DNA of 64,000 nt. Source: an uncultured delta proteobacterium. GTDB lineage: Bacteria; Desulfobacterota; Binatia; UBA9968. A program made the position numbers and the translations under genes. The notes under the pieces were generated by a model that worked only from the letters and a program-made list of their open reading frames with translations, ran no database searches and had not been told where the DNA came from. Shown here piece after piece: positions 36,441 to 48,300 of this stretch (position 1 is the first letter of the stretch; each line of letters begins with the position of its first letter). The stretch spans positions 32,001 to 96,000 of the forward strand of contig CAWJZV010000028.1 of the NCBI GenBank assembly GCA_963847445.1. Direction: 5' to 3'.

Positions 36441-37097
36441 CTAATCCGGCACGTACCACAGCACTGCGGCAAAATGACACGCGGTGCCCGTGAGCACGAA
36501 TAGATGCCAGACCAAGTGGCCGTAACGAAGCCGCCTAGTCGCAAAGAAGGTCACCCCCGCCGTGTACGCGATACCGCCGGCTAATAGCCAGAGGAAACCC
36601 GGCAGGCGTAGATTGAGCCGGAGCGGCTCAATCGCGACTATGACCAGCCAGCCCATGGCGATATACAGGCTGGTCGAAAGTTTTGGATACCGGACACCGC
36701 CAATAACTTTGAAAGTGACGCCAACGAGGGCCAACCCCCACACCAGCCCCAATAGCGTCGAGCCCCAAGTCCCGCGCAGCGGGCCGAGCATGAACGGCGT
36801 GTAGGTACCGGCGATCAGGAGGAAGATTGCTCCGTGATCGAGAATTCGGAATAACCGCTTGGCCCGATTCATCGGCAACGCGTGATAGAGAGTAGATGTA
36901 AGGTACGCCAGCACCATTGTTGTCCCGAAGATAGTCGCGCCCACTAAATCAGCCACGCTGCCGCGCTGAAGGGCAGCAACCACGAGGACCAGCGCCGCGA
37001 TCAGCGCCAACAGCAAGCCGACGCCGTGGCTGACGGCATTGGCGATTTCCTCTCCGACGGATTGGCTGCGTTCCGGCAAGGCGCGCGCTTCACTCAT
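36441..37097 (-). CDS. Hemolysin III / PAQR family membrane protein
   Basis: EEIANAVSH, STLYH, DHGAIFLLIAGTYTP and HLVWHLFV. Confidence 0.92.
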   Translation of the reverse strand: MSEARALPERSQSVGEEIANAVSHGVGLLLALIAALVLVVAALQRGSVADLVGATIFGTTMVLAYLTSTLYHALPMNRAKRLFRILDHGAIFLLIAGTYTPFMLGPLRGTWGSTLLGLVWGLALVGVTFKVIGGVRYPKLSTSLYIAMGWLVIVAIEPLRLNLRLPGFLWLLAGGIAYTAGVTFFATRRLRYGHLVWHLFVLTGTACHFAAVLWYVPD

Positions 37098-37121
37098 AAC
37101 TTTTTGCCGGGCAAAGAATAT

Positions 37122-37647
37122 TTACTCCAAGGAGCCACCCGGTTGGGCTACCGGCCCGAGCGCTAACTCCAAAGCCCAAATATCAAGCCCTCCGGAAATG
37201 GGATATGCAGAAGACCGGTCAAAGAGGCCTTCCATAAAAACCCAAGCAGCTGCCGTTAGAAAAATGGTGAGCATCCAGGGTTCTCGGCCGGCTATTTTCA
37301 AATAGGCAAAAACAAAGATTGGCACTGCGAGAGGAAAGCCAACCAACAGAATGAGCACCATAAAGCCCAGCGTCCAGACAATTATTGCTATCGTTCTCTT
37401 CCTGGCCAAGGCAGGCTCGACTGTTTCGGTAAGTTGAAAATCCACCGCATGACCCTCGTGTTCTTTTTCGCTGCCCCAGACGCACAGGGCCCATTCGATC
37501 ACAGGCGAGGAAAAGAATCGGCAGCGCGATAATCCTTGGGAACAGCGCGGTTCGAAACGGCCAGCTCCATGATGCGTAAAGAGCATAACCGGCAACACCT
37601 GCAGCCGCTAAGCTGAGGATGCAACGAAGACTCAAGAAACGCTTCAC
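37122..37647 (-). CDS. tctB: Tripartite tricarboxylate transporter TctB; frameshifted
   Basis: Small hydrophobic protein downstream of tctA; end position uncertain. Confidence 0.7.
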
Positions 37648-39155
37648 AACTGGTTTCCTCCGGTCGACGGTTTCCCTTTAAATCGGATAAAGGGTAGGAA
37701 AACCACGATGACTGTCAAAGCGATGAGAACCAAGACCAGCGGGCGCATCGCCCAGGACGAACCGTAGCGAATGGTTGAAATATAGAAATTGTTCTCCGCT
37801 ATCCTGCCCAAAACAAAGCCGAGAACCAGAGGGGCTCGGGGCCAGCCGCATTTGATCATGAGATAGCCGAGAAAGCCGAACGCTAGCAAAACCAGCAAAT
37901 CTCCCAAATGATTGTTGGAGGTATAGGCCCCAATGAAAGCGAAGAATAGGATAAACGGGATAAGCACTGTGCCGCGGATCAGCGTGAGCTTGGCCAGGTA
38001 ATTCAGAAAAAAAAGGCTGACTGCCACGGTGATAATATTGGCGACGACCATCGTCCAGACCATGGAAAAGGTAAGAACGAGATGCTTATTCAACATGTCC
38101 GGACCGGGCATAATTCCCAGAAGGAAAAACGCGCCCAGGAGAATGGCCATGGAAGAGCTGCCGGGAACTCCGAACGCAATGGTTGGGATGAGAGACCCGC
38201 CTTCCTTGGAGTTATTAGCCGCGCCGGGACCCAAAACGCCCCGGACGTCTCCTTGGCCAAACCCCGCTCGCTCCTCACTAGTGCGCGCGCTCTGCACCGC
38301 ATGACCATAAGCGATCCACTGCGCCACCCCGCCACCTAAGCCCGGCATGATGCCGATGAAGGTGCCGACGAGGCTGCATCGGACAGTTAGCCACAAATGC
38401 ACGAACGTATCTTTGACCCCGACCCAAACGCCTTTGCCAAGATTTTCCTGCGGCAGCTCGCCCGAGATCGACGTCCCTCTGACGGCAAGGTCGATGATCT
38501 CGGGAATGGCGAATACGCCCACCAAGACGGGATCAAGTCGAGCCCGTTCCATAGATAGAGCTGGCCGAAGGTGAAGCGCAGAACTCCCGCCTGGGGATCT
38601 TGGCCGACGAGGGCGAACAGGAGTCCCAAAAGTCCGGCGAGAACTCCGCGCAACAAGGCGCCGTCCCCCCTCTCCGCTCAACGACGAGATAAAGGCAATG
38701 CCGACGATGGCAAGCATGAACAGTTCCGGCGCCCCAAATGAAAGAACCAGCGGGCGCACGACCGGGATCGCCAGGGCCAAGGCAAAGGCGCCAATCAAGG
38801 CGCCGATCAGGGAGCTCATGAGCGCCGCCCCCAGTGCCCGTCCGGCCTCGCCTTTCTTGGCCATTGCGTGACCGTCCAAAACCGTTGCTGCGGTGGTCCC
38901 CTCTCCGGGAATGCCAAACAGAACCGACGTGATATCTCCGGTGGTCGAGACCACCGAGTGCATCCCCAAAAGGAAAGCAAAGGCTTCCACAGGCGTCATC
39001 TGGTAAATAAAGGGAAGCATCAGCGCCAGGGTGGTTGTGCCGCCGAGACCCGGGAGCAGTCCCACCCAGAAGCCCAGAAAGATGCCCAACAGCATCATGA
39101 GAAAAGTTTGCCATTGAAAGACGACGAAGAGTCCTTGGACAAACGCATCCAGCAT
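37644..39155 (-). CDS. tctA: Tripartite tricarboxylate transporter TctA
   Basis: GLLPGLGG, FGIPGE...DGH and AANNSKEGGSLIPTIAFGVPG. Confidence 0.92.
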   Translation of the reverse strand: MLDAFVQGLFVVFQWQTFLMMLLGIFLGFWVGLLPGLGGTTTLALMLPFIYQMTPVEAFAFLLGMHSVVSTTGDITSVLFGIPGEGTTAATVLDGHAMAKKGEAGRALGAALMSSLIGALIGAFALALAIPVVRPLVLSFGAPELFMLAIVGIAFISSLSGEGGRRLVARSSRRTFGTPVRPRRPRSPGGSSALHLRPALSMERARLDPVLVGVFAIPEIIDLAVRGTSISGELPQENLGKGVWVGVKDTFVHLWLTVRCSLVGTFIGIMPGLGGGVAQWIAYGHAVQSARTSEERAGFGQGDVRGVLGPGAANNSKEGGSLIPTIAFGVPGSSSMAILLGAFFLLGIMPGPDMLNKHLVLTFSMVWTMVVANIITVAVSLFFLNYLAKLTLIRGTVLIPFILFFAFIGAYTSNNHLGDLLVLLAFGFLGYLMIKCGWPRAPLVLGFVLGRIAENNFYISTIRYGSSWAMRPLVLVLIALTVIVVFLPFIRFKGKPSTGGNQL

Positions 39156-39230
39156 AGTTAGAGCACCCCAGGCGAGAGCGCGGATCAAGCCGCGCTCTCG
39201 CTGCCGCAATTATCTAATTCGCGTATAGGC

Positions 39231-40232
39231 TCAATCGCCAAACTTGATATGTTTCGCCAGCGTCTGGACTACGTCCGGCGGTTGACCTAAAACCTCGGAG
39301 ACGACCTTCAGAGCATCCTCCGGCGATACGTAATCGATGGTCATCTTGCCCTTCTCAGCTTCCGCAAGGAGATCTTTGTCCTTGAGAGCGTTGGCAAATG
39401 CATCGCGGAGTATTTTTATCGCGTCCTTCGCTGTTCCCGGAGGTGCCACGAAAGGCCGGTAGATTTGCGTCGGGACAGCATTCACGGCCATGATGAGCTT
39501 CCCTTGCTGAGTCTTTGCAAGATTCTCGTCAACCGCTAATTTTTCGATTCCCGGCGCCGAGGTCCGGTTTCGAATAATTGGACGCACCAGACCACGGTCG
39601 ATAAAGGGCTTGATCGAATCGTAAGAGCCCGCCCGGCCATCCACCTCTTTGCGCTCGAGGGCGAGCATTACATCGGCGCTCGATGAGTAACCAGGGACAA
39701 GTTTGAAGTCAAAACCAGCGAACTCCTCAAGGAGCGCGGGAAAATCATGGGTCGAGCTTCCGGGTCCGGTGGTGCCGATGACAAACTGCTTGGCCTTTCG
39801 CAAGTCCTCCGCGGTCCTGTATGGTAAATCGGAGCGCACGCTGAGGATCACGGCATCGCTGGCAGCACTGCCCAACCAGGCAAACTTGGCTACATCGAAC
39901 CTCACCCCCTCAACCTTGATCAATTGCGCAATGACCGTAGCATTGTTAAAAGTCCCGATCGTCAGTCCGTCTGGCTTAGCGATGCTGAAAAGGTGATTCG
40001 CCGCAATCACGCTGCTGGCTCCCGGCATATTCTGAACAATGGCGCCGGGATTTCCCGGGATATACTTGGGCAGGTGTTTAGCGATGAGGCGCGCATATCT
40101 GTCATAGCCCCCTCCCGGTTTGTAGCCAACGACAATTGTGATCGTCTTGCCTTCATATAATGAAGCGCCATAAGAAGGCGCGTTTGCAAAGAACAAAACC
40201 AGAGAAAGAACGATGATCGATGATGTCTTCAT
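39231..40232 (-). CDS. tctC: Tripartite tricarboxylate transporter substrate-binding protein TctC/Bug
   Basis: VGYKPGGGYD...QNMPGA...PDGLT. Confidence 0.9.
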   Translation of the reverse strand: MKTSSIIVLSLVLFFANAPSYGASLYEGKTITIVVGYKPGGGYDRYARLIAKHLPKYIPGNPGAIVQNMPGASSVIAANHLFSIAKPDGLTIGTFNNATVIAQLIKVEGVRFDVAKFAWLGSAASDAVILSVRSDLPYRTAEDLRKAKQFVIGTTGPGSSTHDFPALLEEFAGFDFKLVPGYSSSADVMLALERKEVDGRAGSYDSIKPFIDRGLVRPIIRNRTSAPGIEKLAVDENLAKTQQGKLIMAVNAVPTQIYRPFVAPPGTAKDAIKILRDAFANALKDKDLLAEAEKGKMTIDYVSPEDALKVVSEVLGQPPDVVQTLAKHIKFGD

Positions 40233-40347
40233 AAAAACTCCTTTCCTAAAACCCCTTCAGTCTGTTTAGCTAGATAGATCACCTGCTTGGTTTATGAAGC
40301 GCCCATTGCCGCTCCGTCGTGCTGTGCAAAACCGTCCTGAATTGACT

Positions 40348-40977
40348 TTATCCCGTTGCGCCTGCCAATTCCTCCGCGATCTTTAGATATTTCTCATGCA
40401 CTTCCGCGCCCATTTCTTCGGCCTCGTGCTGCGCGAAAGCCGCCAAGAGTTTTTTCTGTTCGTCGGCGGAAATCACCTCGTCCGCCATGCGAAAAAGTAT
40501 CTCGTCTTCTTTCTGAATATGTTCCCTTAGAAGCCGAATGTAAGCTCGCGCGCTGCTAAACAGAACTGCCGCCGCGGCGTCGTTCTTCGCTTCCAACAGG
40601 ACGATCGCCGCGGCCATCGCCCGCACATAAGATCGCCCCTCTTCATGTTCCGTCAACATCATGCCGACGGGACCACCATCGCTCGGTATGCCGTGTTCCT
40701 CCAACGCCGGAAATAAAACTTTCTCCTCTTTGATATGGTGGCACTGATCGGCGAAGTGGCGGATAAAGTCGAGCGCCTTTTTCCATGAATCCAATGACGC
40801 AAGCGCCGGCTTCTCGGTCAATTTTTCCACTGCCGCGAGCACGCGCTCGATAACGCGATGCTCGTCGCTGAGCAGCGCCGTGGCTTTGTCGGATTGATGA
40901 TGGCTGCTAGCGGTCAGTGTTGCGTCATGCGCCGAGTGCGCGCGCGACGATTTCTCCGCGTCGGTGCGATTTTCCAT
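40348..40977 (-). CDS. Hemerythrin-domain protein
   Basis: EHRVI, HHIKEE, EHEEGR and HIQKEDEILF. Confidence 0.9.
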   Translation of the reverse strand: MENRTDAEKSSRAHSAHDATLTASSHHQSDKATALLSDEHRVIERVLAAVEKLTEKPALASLDSWKKALDFIRHFADQCHHIKEEKVLFPALEEHGIPSDGGPVGMMLTEHEEGRSYVRAMAAAIVLLEAKNDAAAAVLFSSARAYIRLLREHIQKEDEILFRMADEVISADEQKKLLAAFAQHEAEEMGAEVHEKYLKIAEELAGATG

Positions 40978-42120
40978 GGCTATTTTTCCTCTCCATCGCT
41001 TTGGGCTGATAAACACAATAGGGATCGCTGCGCATCGGATCGCCGGTGATCGCGTAAGCCCGCGACCGGCTACCGCCGCAGATCGATTTGAACTCGCACA
41101 CGCCGCACTTGCCTTTGAGTTGGCTGAAGTCGCGCACGCGGGTAAACACATCAGACGATCGGTAGATGTCCGGCAATGGCTGAGAGCGGATGTTGCCGCC
41201 GACGAGAGTCAAAAAGCCGCTGGGCTGGACATCGCCGGTGTGAGAAATGAAGACGACGCCGCGGCCGTCGTTGACGCCGAGCGGCGCGCGCAGAATCTTG
41301 GCCGCCTTGCCGTTTGGCGCGACCTCTGTCGGAGTCAGAGACCGTGCGTTCGCCTCGGCGAGCAATTGTTCCACGGGCATGGCCAATTCAGCCGCGCGCC
41401 GCTGCAACAGCACGCGCCGGTAGTGATAACCTTCGCGCGGCGTGACATCGAAGGGCGCCGACTTCGCCAAATCATATAACCAATGAAACAGCGACTCGAT
41501 CTCTTTCGCGGTGATATTGAGCCGGCGAATCTCCGGACGCGCCGCCCGGCCAACCGCGATGAGTAGAAATAGCGCCCACAGTTTGATGCCGCGTTCGGCG
41601 ATCATGGCGGCGATCGCCGGCAAATCGGCCAACACATGGCGCGTCACGGTGGTGTGGATCTGCGACTCCAGGCCGAATTCGCGGCACCAATCGAGGATAT
41701 CGAGCGTGCGCTCGAAAGACCCAGTAGACGCCGCGAAAACCATCGTGGGCGGCGCTATCTTTGCCGTCTAGGCTCACGGCGAGACGAATCAATCCGGCCT
41801 CGGCGAATCGGCGCACCGCATCGCGCGTGATCAGCGGCGTCGCCGACGGCGTCATCGCCACGCGCAGTCCTTCGCTGCGGGCGTACGTCGATGATGTCAT
41901 AGATATCCGGCCGTTTGGCCGGATCGCCGCCGGTCAAAACAAAGATCGGATAGGGTGAACCGAATGCCTTGACGCTTTGGATCAGCCCTTGGGCTTCCGC
42001 AAAGCTCAGCTCACTTGGATCGCGCACAGCTCGGGCTTCAGCGCGGCAATGAATGCAGGCAAGATCGCAAGCCCGCGTGGTCTCCCAAACCACCGTGAAT
42101 GGCCGTTGATTGAAATCCAT
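40925..42120 (-). CDS. Radical SAM/SPASM protein (TIGR04053; NirJ/AhbCD-related); frameshifted
   Basis: WETTRACDLACIHC, TGGDP and SPASM-like KGKCGVCEFKSICGGSRSRAY...DPYC. Confidence 0.85.
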
Positions 42121-42135
42121 CAATGATTCTAATGA

Positions 42136-42150
42136 GCATGTTGCGTGCCA
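42136..42150 (-). promoter_or_regulatory. sigma54 promoter (TGGCAC-GCAAC-ATGC), implying a near-leaderless transcript
   Basis: One mismatch to consensus; the -12 element is only about 15 bp from the ATG. Confidence 0.6.
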
Positions 42151-42275
42151 CGGCGGCGGCGCGAAGCTAGGCTAAAGAGCGAAGCTATTCGACGAATGTC
42201 GGCGAATTATTGTTGGAGTTGAGAATTGGCTTGAGCGAATTTCCTGTTTTCTGGAAATACTTGGACTTTCTGACA

Positions 42276-42855
42276 TCACTTCGGTCGCGCAGCAATGCTC
42301 TCACGTTTTCTAACTGCAAGAATGTTATTGGCCAAAAACACAATGACTGCCAGCGTGTTGAGCAAACCGCCCCAGCGTTGTAGCGCATGCCACGCACCGA
42401 GATCGCCGGCGACTCGTAGCAGCAACGACGCGTGCAGCAGGCCGACGTGCAGGTAAAAAGCATTTCGAAACGGTAGTGGCAAACCCGTAATGGTCGGCAA
42501 GATGATTGGCGCGTGAGCAAAGATCATCGAGAAAACGAAGCCCAAGAAAATCGCGTGCAGCATCGCATCGTATTTCGGGACGGCGCTGAAAGCTTGCGCC
42601 AAGCCTAACCAGAGAATCGCGCCTAGCGCCAACCAAAAATAGCCGGCGATCAAACCGAGCGCCATGTAGCGCGGCAAGCCTTCTTGGCGCGCCGAATGCC
42701 AAGCCAGATCGTAACGGAGCAACCAGAGAGCGATCGCGAGTAAACCCACGGCGGCGATACGCAGGCCAGAATGAAAATCGATTAGTGTGCCGCAAAGTCC
42801 AATGACGAAAATCGCCACGCTTAGGTAGAATTTCGCGCGCACGGTCAGCGAGCGG
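42276..42855 (-). pseudogene. 5'-truncated polytopic membrane protein (NnrS-like)
   Basis: YDAMLHAIFLGFVFSMIFAHAPIILP and HASLLLRV; the N-terminal half appears absent. Confidence 0.55.
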
Positions 42856-42989
42856 TTGGCGGATTCTCCCCTGGACGGGACATTGCCCTCTGTACTAGAG
42901 GCGCATGCAGCAGGGATTTATCCTTTTCTTTACTTCGTCGAAACCACATCAACGCAGAACTCTCCGGGACTTGTGTGGAGCAGGATCGC

Positions 42990-43025
42990 TCCCAAAAATG
43001 GGGTGACCCTTCCCAAAATAGGGAA
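42990..43025. promoter_or_regulatory. Candidate enhancer (UAS): tandem TCCCAAAAnnGGG palindromes
   Basis: tcccaaaaatgggg and ttcccaaaatagggaa, about 21 bp apart and 85-120 bp upstream of the sigma54 site. Confidence 0.5.
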
Positions 43026-43107
43026 TCAAACGCGGGAATTTTCTTGTTCCTAGAAATTCACCGCGGCGCGCCGGCGCAAAAGGGGAGCGAAAAGCGACGT
43101 CAATCAT

Positions 43108-43122
43108 TGGTACGGCGATTGC
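43108..43122 (+). promoter_or_regulatory. sigma54 promoter (TGGTAC-GGCGA-TTGC) for the rrf2-nxr operon
   Basis: One mismatch to consensus, 50 bp upstream of the rrf2 start. Confidence 0.7.
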
Positions 43123-43140
43123 GTCCTCGAAGAGTCAAAG

Positions 43141-43153
43141 GACCAAAATGGTC
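43141..43153. promoter_or_regulatory. Candidate Rrf2 operator GACCA-AAA-TGGTC
   Basis: Perfect palindrome just downstream of the predicted transcription start, immediately upstream of rrf2. Confidence 0.5.
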
Positions 43154-43171
43154 TACTGACTCCGGCGACAA

Positions 43172-43602
43172 ATGAAACTTGGCAAAGAAAGCCGCTATGC
43201 GATCGAGGGATTGGCAGTGTTAGCCAGTAAGCCCTTTGGAACCATCATGCACGTACACGATATCGCGGAAGCCGCTCACGTGTCCCCGAGTTTTCTGGCA
43301 AAGATCTTTCAAAAACTCCACCGGGCGAAGCTGTTGACCTCTTCGCGCGGCGCAGTTCGCGGCTACGCCCTCGCCCGTCGGCCAAACGCGATCAATGTAA
43401 GGATATATTTGTCGCGGTCGAGGGCGGCGATGTCTTCGATCGCTGCATTTTTTGGAGCGATCGATGCGCCGATCTTTCTCCCTGCCCGATGCATGCGGAG
43501 TGGAAACGGGTGCGACAAGCCATCACCAAAAGGATGCAGAGAATAACCTTGGCGGGCATGGCGCGAAAAAATCCTGCGAAGCGCATGCGATCGATGCGCT
43601 GA
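43172..43602 (+). CDS. Rrf2-family Fe-S regulator; frameshifted
   Basis: FLAKIFQKL...SRGAVRGYALAR; the shifted frame gives CIFWSDRCADLSPCPMH (three Cys). Confidence 0.88.
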
Positions 43603-43624
43603 CGAGCCGGGGAGGGACGCTCAG

Positions 43625-45208
43625 ATGAAATTGTTTTTTGCTTCGATGATCGCGCTGGTTCTCGTTTTGAGCGGCCTCGCCGTGATCAAATCCGCCGAAG
43701 TCGTCAAATCACCTCCTGCTTCCTCCCAACTCATTGCGGCCGGAAAGGCTCTCTACGGCCAGCAATGCGCCGCTTGCCACGGCAACACCGGCCGGGGCGA
43801 CGGCGAAGCGGCCTATCTGTTGTATCCCAAGCCGCGCGATTTCGTTGCAGCGAGGTATCGGCTGGTTTCCACCTGGGATCGCGTGCCGACAGATCAAGAT
43901 CTCTTCGACACGATTTCGCGCGGCATGCCCGGCTCAGCGATGCCGTCGTGGGAACATCTAACGACGGAGCAACGATGGGGCTTGGTCTACTACATTAAAT
44001 CCTTCGCGGAAAAGCCGATCGAGATAAGATCTCAGAAAATGCCGTCAGCTGACGGGAGCGGCGGCGAGGGTATCATAGAAGTTCCCAACCGGTTCCTTTT
44101 GATGCGGCGGCAAGAGCACGCGCCCTGGAGCTATATAAGGACGCCTGCGCCTCGTGCCACGGCGCGACGGCAAGAGGCGACGGCGCGCAAGAGCAAAGAG
44201 ACGACGAGGGGTTTCCTACCCGGCCGCGTGATCTGACCGCGGGCATTTTCAAAGGCAGCCCCGATCCGATCGCGCTTTACCGCCATATCGTCGCGGGCAT
44301 TCCTGGAAGTCCGATGCCGATGAGCGATTGGGCTTACGGCGCTGACGCGTGGCATTTGGTCAATTACGTGCGCTCGCTCTCCAGCGATCCGCAACGCGAA
44401 CGCGTGGAGATGAAGAAGTTCACGATTCAAGCGGTACGAGTCACGACTCTTCCGGATCATCCCGAATCGGGAATCTGGCGTCTGGCGTCGCCGGTCAATC
44501 TTCATCTGATGCCGCTTTGGTGGCGCAGCGAACGGCCGGAAGAAGTGACCGTGCGGGCGGTGCATGACGGCAAAGAGATCGCCATTCTCATGGTCTGGCA
44601 CGATGATACAAACGATCAGACCGCACTTCGGCCCCAAGATTTCCGCGATGCATCGGCGATCCAATTTTCGCTAACCGCTAATCCGCCGTTTTTCGCCATG
44701 GGCGAGCAAGCAGCAGCAGTGAATATTTGGATGTGGAAATCCGAGCGGCAAGCCGATCTCCAAACGCGCGTATCAAGAGCTGGAATCTGTTTATCCCAAT
44801 CTTGGTATCGATTCCTATCCGAATCTCATGCGCTCCGCTGTAGAGCAGCCGCATCGTCATGCTCTGACATTGGAATCGGACCCCTCATTCGTGACCGGCT
44901 GGGGTGCCGGGAATATCGTCTCGGATCCAGAACGAAAAAGCCCTGTCGAAGATCTCACGGCTAAGGGATTCGGCACACTGCAAGCGAGACCCAGGATAGA
45001 TCAAAAAGTCGGCGCACACGGACTCTACGGGCACGGTTCCTATGAAGTTATGTTCCGTAGATCCTTGTTGCCCACCGGCCAGGGCGCCGTCGCACTCCGA
45101 GCCGGGACTACCGTGCCAGTGGCCTTTGCCGTCTGGAACGGCAGCGCGGGAGATCGCGACGGCAAGAAGTCGGTGACGATTTGGCAGGATCTAAAAATCG
45201 CAAAATGA
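43625..45208 (+). CDS. Di-heme cytochrome c fused to an ethylbenzene-dehydrogenase-gamma-like heme b domain (NxrC-like); two frameshifts
   Basis: Signal/TM segment, CAACH and CASCH, GMPGSAMP, then FRDASAIQF...FAMG...VNIWMWK and AFAVWNGSAGDRDGKK. Confidence 0.82.
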
Positions 45209-45325
45209 ACGTTGCAAACGTTCAAGCAATTCAAACGTTTTGAACCGCTTGAGGATTGTAACGACTTGAACGTTTGGAACGGCTGGAACGATTGGAACGC
45301 AAGCGACGTCGTAGGAGCGAGAATA
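45209..45325. repeat. GTTCAA/TTGAAC 9-bp-periodic palindromic element, copy A (short; no inner hairpins)
   Basis: cgttcaagc aattcaaac ... cttgaacgt ttggaacgg ctggaacga ttggaacgc, ending gcgacg..ggagcgagaataATG. Confidence 0.85.
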
Positions 45326-48300
45326 ATGAACGATGATGAAGCCAGAGAGATGATGCGGGTAACCCGCCGTGACTTCCTCAAGTGGATGGGCATCGGCACC
45401 GGCGCAGCGGCCATCGCTGCCGGTTCCTTGCACTATTTCAGACCTGCGGACGCTGGCGACAATCCGCTGGCACGGTCGGTCAATCGAGAGTGGGAAAAAA
45501 TTTACCGCGATCAGTACAAATACGATAGCGCTTTCGATTGGGTCTGCTCGCCCAACGACACCCATGCATGCCGCGTTCGGGCTTACGTTCGCAATGGCAT
45601 CGTGACGCGCATGGGGAGCACCTACGATTACCAAGACTACGCCGACCTTTACGGCAACAAAGCAACCGTCAATTGGAATCCGCGCCAGTGCGCCAAGGGC
45701 TATACCTTTCATCGTGTGATCTACGGCCCCTACCGCCTGCGCCATCCGATCGTGCGCAAAGGTTGGAAGGCCTGGGCCGATGCCGGCTTTCCCGAACTGA
45801 CGCCGGAGAACAAAACGAGATACATGTTCGATGCCCGCGGCCAGGACGAGTTCGTGCAAATTTCCTGGCCCGACGCCTTCGACTCCATCGCTAAAGCGCT
45901 GGTCGCGATTTCAGCACGCGTTACAGCGGCGAGGCGGGGAAAAAACTGCTCCTGGCACAGGGCTATCAACCGGAAATGGTCGAAGAGATGGGCGGCGCGG
46001 GAACACGGACAGTGAAAATGCGCGGCGGCATGGGGCTGCTCGGCGTGATCGGCAAGTACGGTATGTATCGTCTCAACAACTCGCTCGCGCTGCTCGACGC
46101 AAAGATTCGCGGCGTCGGTCCCGACAAAGCCCGCGCCGGGCGCAATTTCTCAAACTATACCTGGCATGGCGATCAAGCGCCGGGCCATCCTTGGGTGCAC
46201 GGCCTGCAAGCTTCCGAATGCGACTTCAACGATCTGCGTTTTTCCAAGCTCATCATCATGGACGGAAAGAACCTGGTCGAGAACAAGCTCACGGACTCGC
46301 ACTGGTTTATCGAATGCATGGAGCGCGGCGCGAAGATTGTCGTGATCGCGCCGGAGTACGGCCCGCCTTCGACCAAAGCCGACTACTGGATTCCGATTCG
46401 GCCGCAGACCGATGCTGCGCTTTGGCTCGGGATTACCAAGCTGATGATCGACAAGAAATGGTACGACGAAACTTTCATCAAGCGCTTCACCGATTTCCCG
46501 CTGCTGGTGCGCACCGACAATCTAAAACGGCTGCGCGCCCAGGAGATTTTCCCAGATTATAAGACCACGCTCGCCGCCGATGGGGCGTCCATGAAAATCC
46601 AAGGATTGACCGCCGAACAGCACGCGCAACTCGGCGACTTCGTGATTTGGGACGCAAAGAAGAACGGCCCGGTAGCAATCACGCGCGATGATGTGGGCGA
46701 GGCTATGGCAAAAAAAGGCTTGGACCCTGCACTCACCGACACTTTCAAGGTTAAACTGCTCGACGGCAAGGAAGTCGAAGTCGCGCCGTTGTGGACGCTC
46801 TATCAAACCCACTTGAAGGACTATGACCTCGACACCGTCGCCGATATCACCAGCGCGCCGAAAGCGATGATCGAGCAGCTCGCGCAGGATATCGCGACCA
46901 TGAAGCCGGTGGCGATTCATCAGGGCGAAGGGATCAACCACTGGTTCCACGCCACGGAAATGAACCGCGCGTCATACTTACCGTTGATGCTGACGGGCAA
47001 CATCGGCAAGCCCGGCGCCGGCTGCCATACCTGGGCCGGCAACTACAAAGCCGCCCTGTTCCAGGGATCGCCCTGGTCCGGACCCGGTTTCAAGGGCTGG
47101 GTAGCCGAAGACCCATTCGAAATTAATTTAAATCCCAATGCCCACGGCAAAGAAATTCACGCCCACGCGTACACCAAAGACGAAGAACCTGCTTATTGGA
47201 ACCATGGCGATCTCGCCTTGATCGTCAACACGCCCAAGTTCGGGCGCAAAAATTTCACCGGCAAGACCCACATGCCGACGCCCACCAAAGCTTTGCTCTT
47301 TAACAACGTCAACCTGATCAATAATGCCAAGTGGGCCTACGGCATGATCAAGAATGTCAACCCGAATGTCGAAATGATTGTTTCGATGGACATTCAGATG
47401 ACCGCTTCCATCGAGTATGCGGACCTCGCGCTGCCCGCCAACTCGTGGCTCGAATTCGAAGGCTTGGAAATTACCGCGAGCTGCTCAAATCCATTTCTAC
47501 AAATTTGGAAAGGCGGTATTCCGCCGGTCTTCGACAGCAAAGATGACCTCGACATCATCGCTGGCATCGCCAATGCGCTCGCCAACGTCACCGGCGAGAA
47601 GCGATTCCGCGATTACTTTGCCTTTGCCGCCGCCGACAAACGGGGCATTTACATCCAGCGCCTGCTCGATACCTGTACGACGACGGCCGGTTACAAGCTC
47701 ACTGATATCATGGCCGGCAAGTACGGCCCTCCGGGCGGCTGTTTGCTAAACTTCCGCACCTATCCGCGCATTCCCTTCTATGAACAGGTGCATGACAGCG
47801 AACCGTTCCATACGGACACAGGACGGATGCATGCTTACGCGGACGTGCCTGAGGCGATCGAGTACGGCGAAAATTTCATCGTGCATCGCGAAGGACCGGA
47901 AGCGACGCCGTATCTGCCCAATGTGATCGTCAGCTCCAATCCGCTGGTGCGGCCGGAGGATTACGGCATTCCCACCAACGCCGAGCACTGGGACGAGCGC
48001 ACCATCCGCAACATCAAGATGCCCTGGAGCAAGGTGAAGCAGACCAAGAACTTTCTCTGGGAAAAGGGCTTCCAGTTCTACTGCTTGACGCCAAAGACGC
48101 GCCACCGGGTCCATAGCGGCTGGTCCAACGTCGACTGGCATATGCTGATGGATTCTAACTTTGGTGATCCCTACCGCCTGGACAAGCGAGCGCCCTGCGT
48201 CGGCGAACATCAAATGCACATGAATCCGCAGGCGGCGCGTGATCTCAATATTAATGATGGCGACTATGTTTACGTCGACGCCAATCCGGCCGACCGACCG

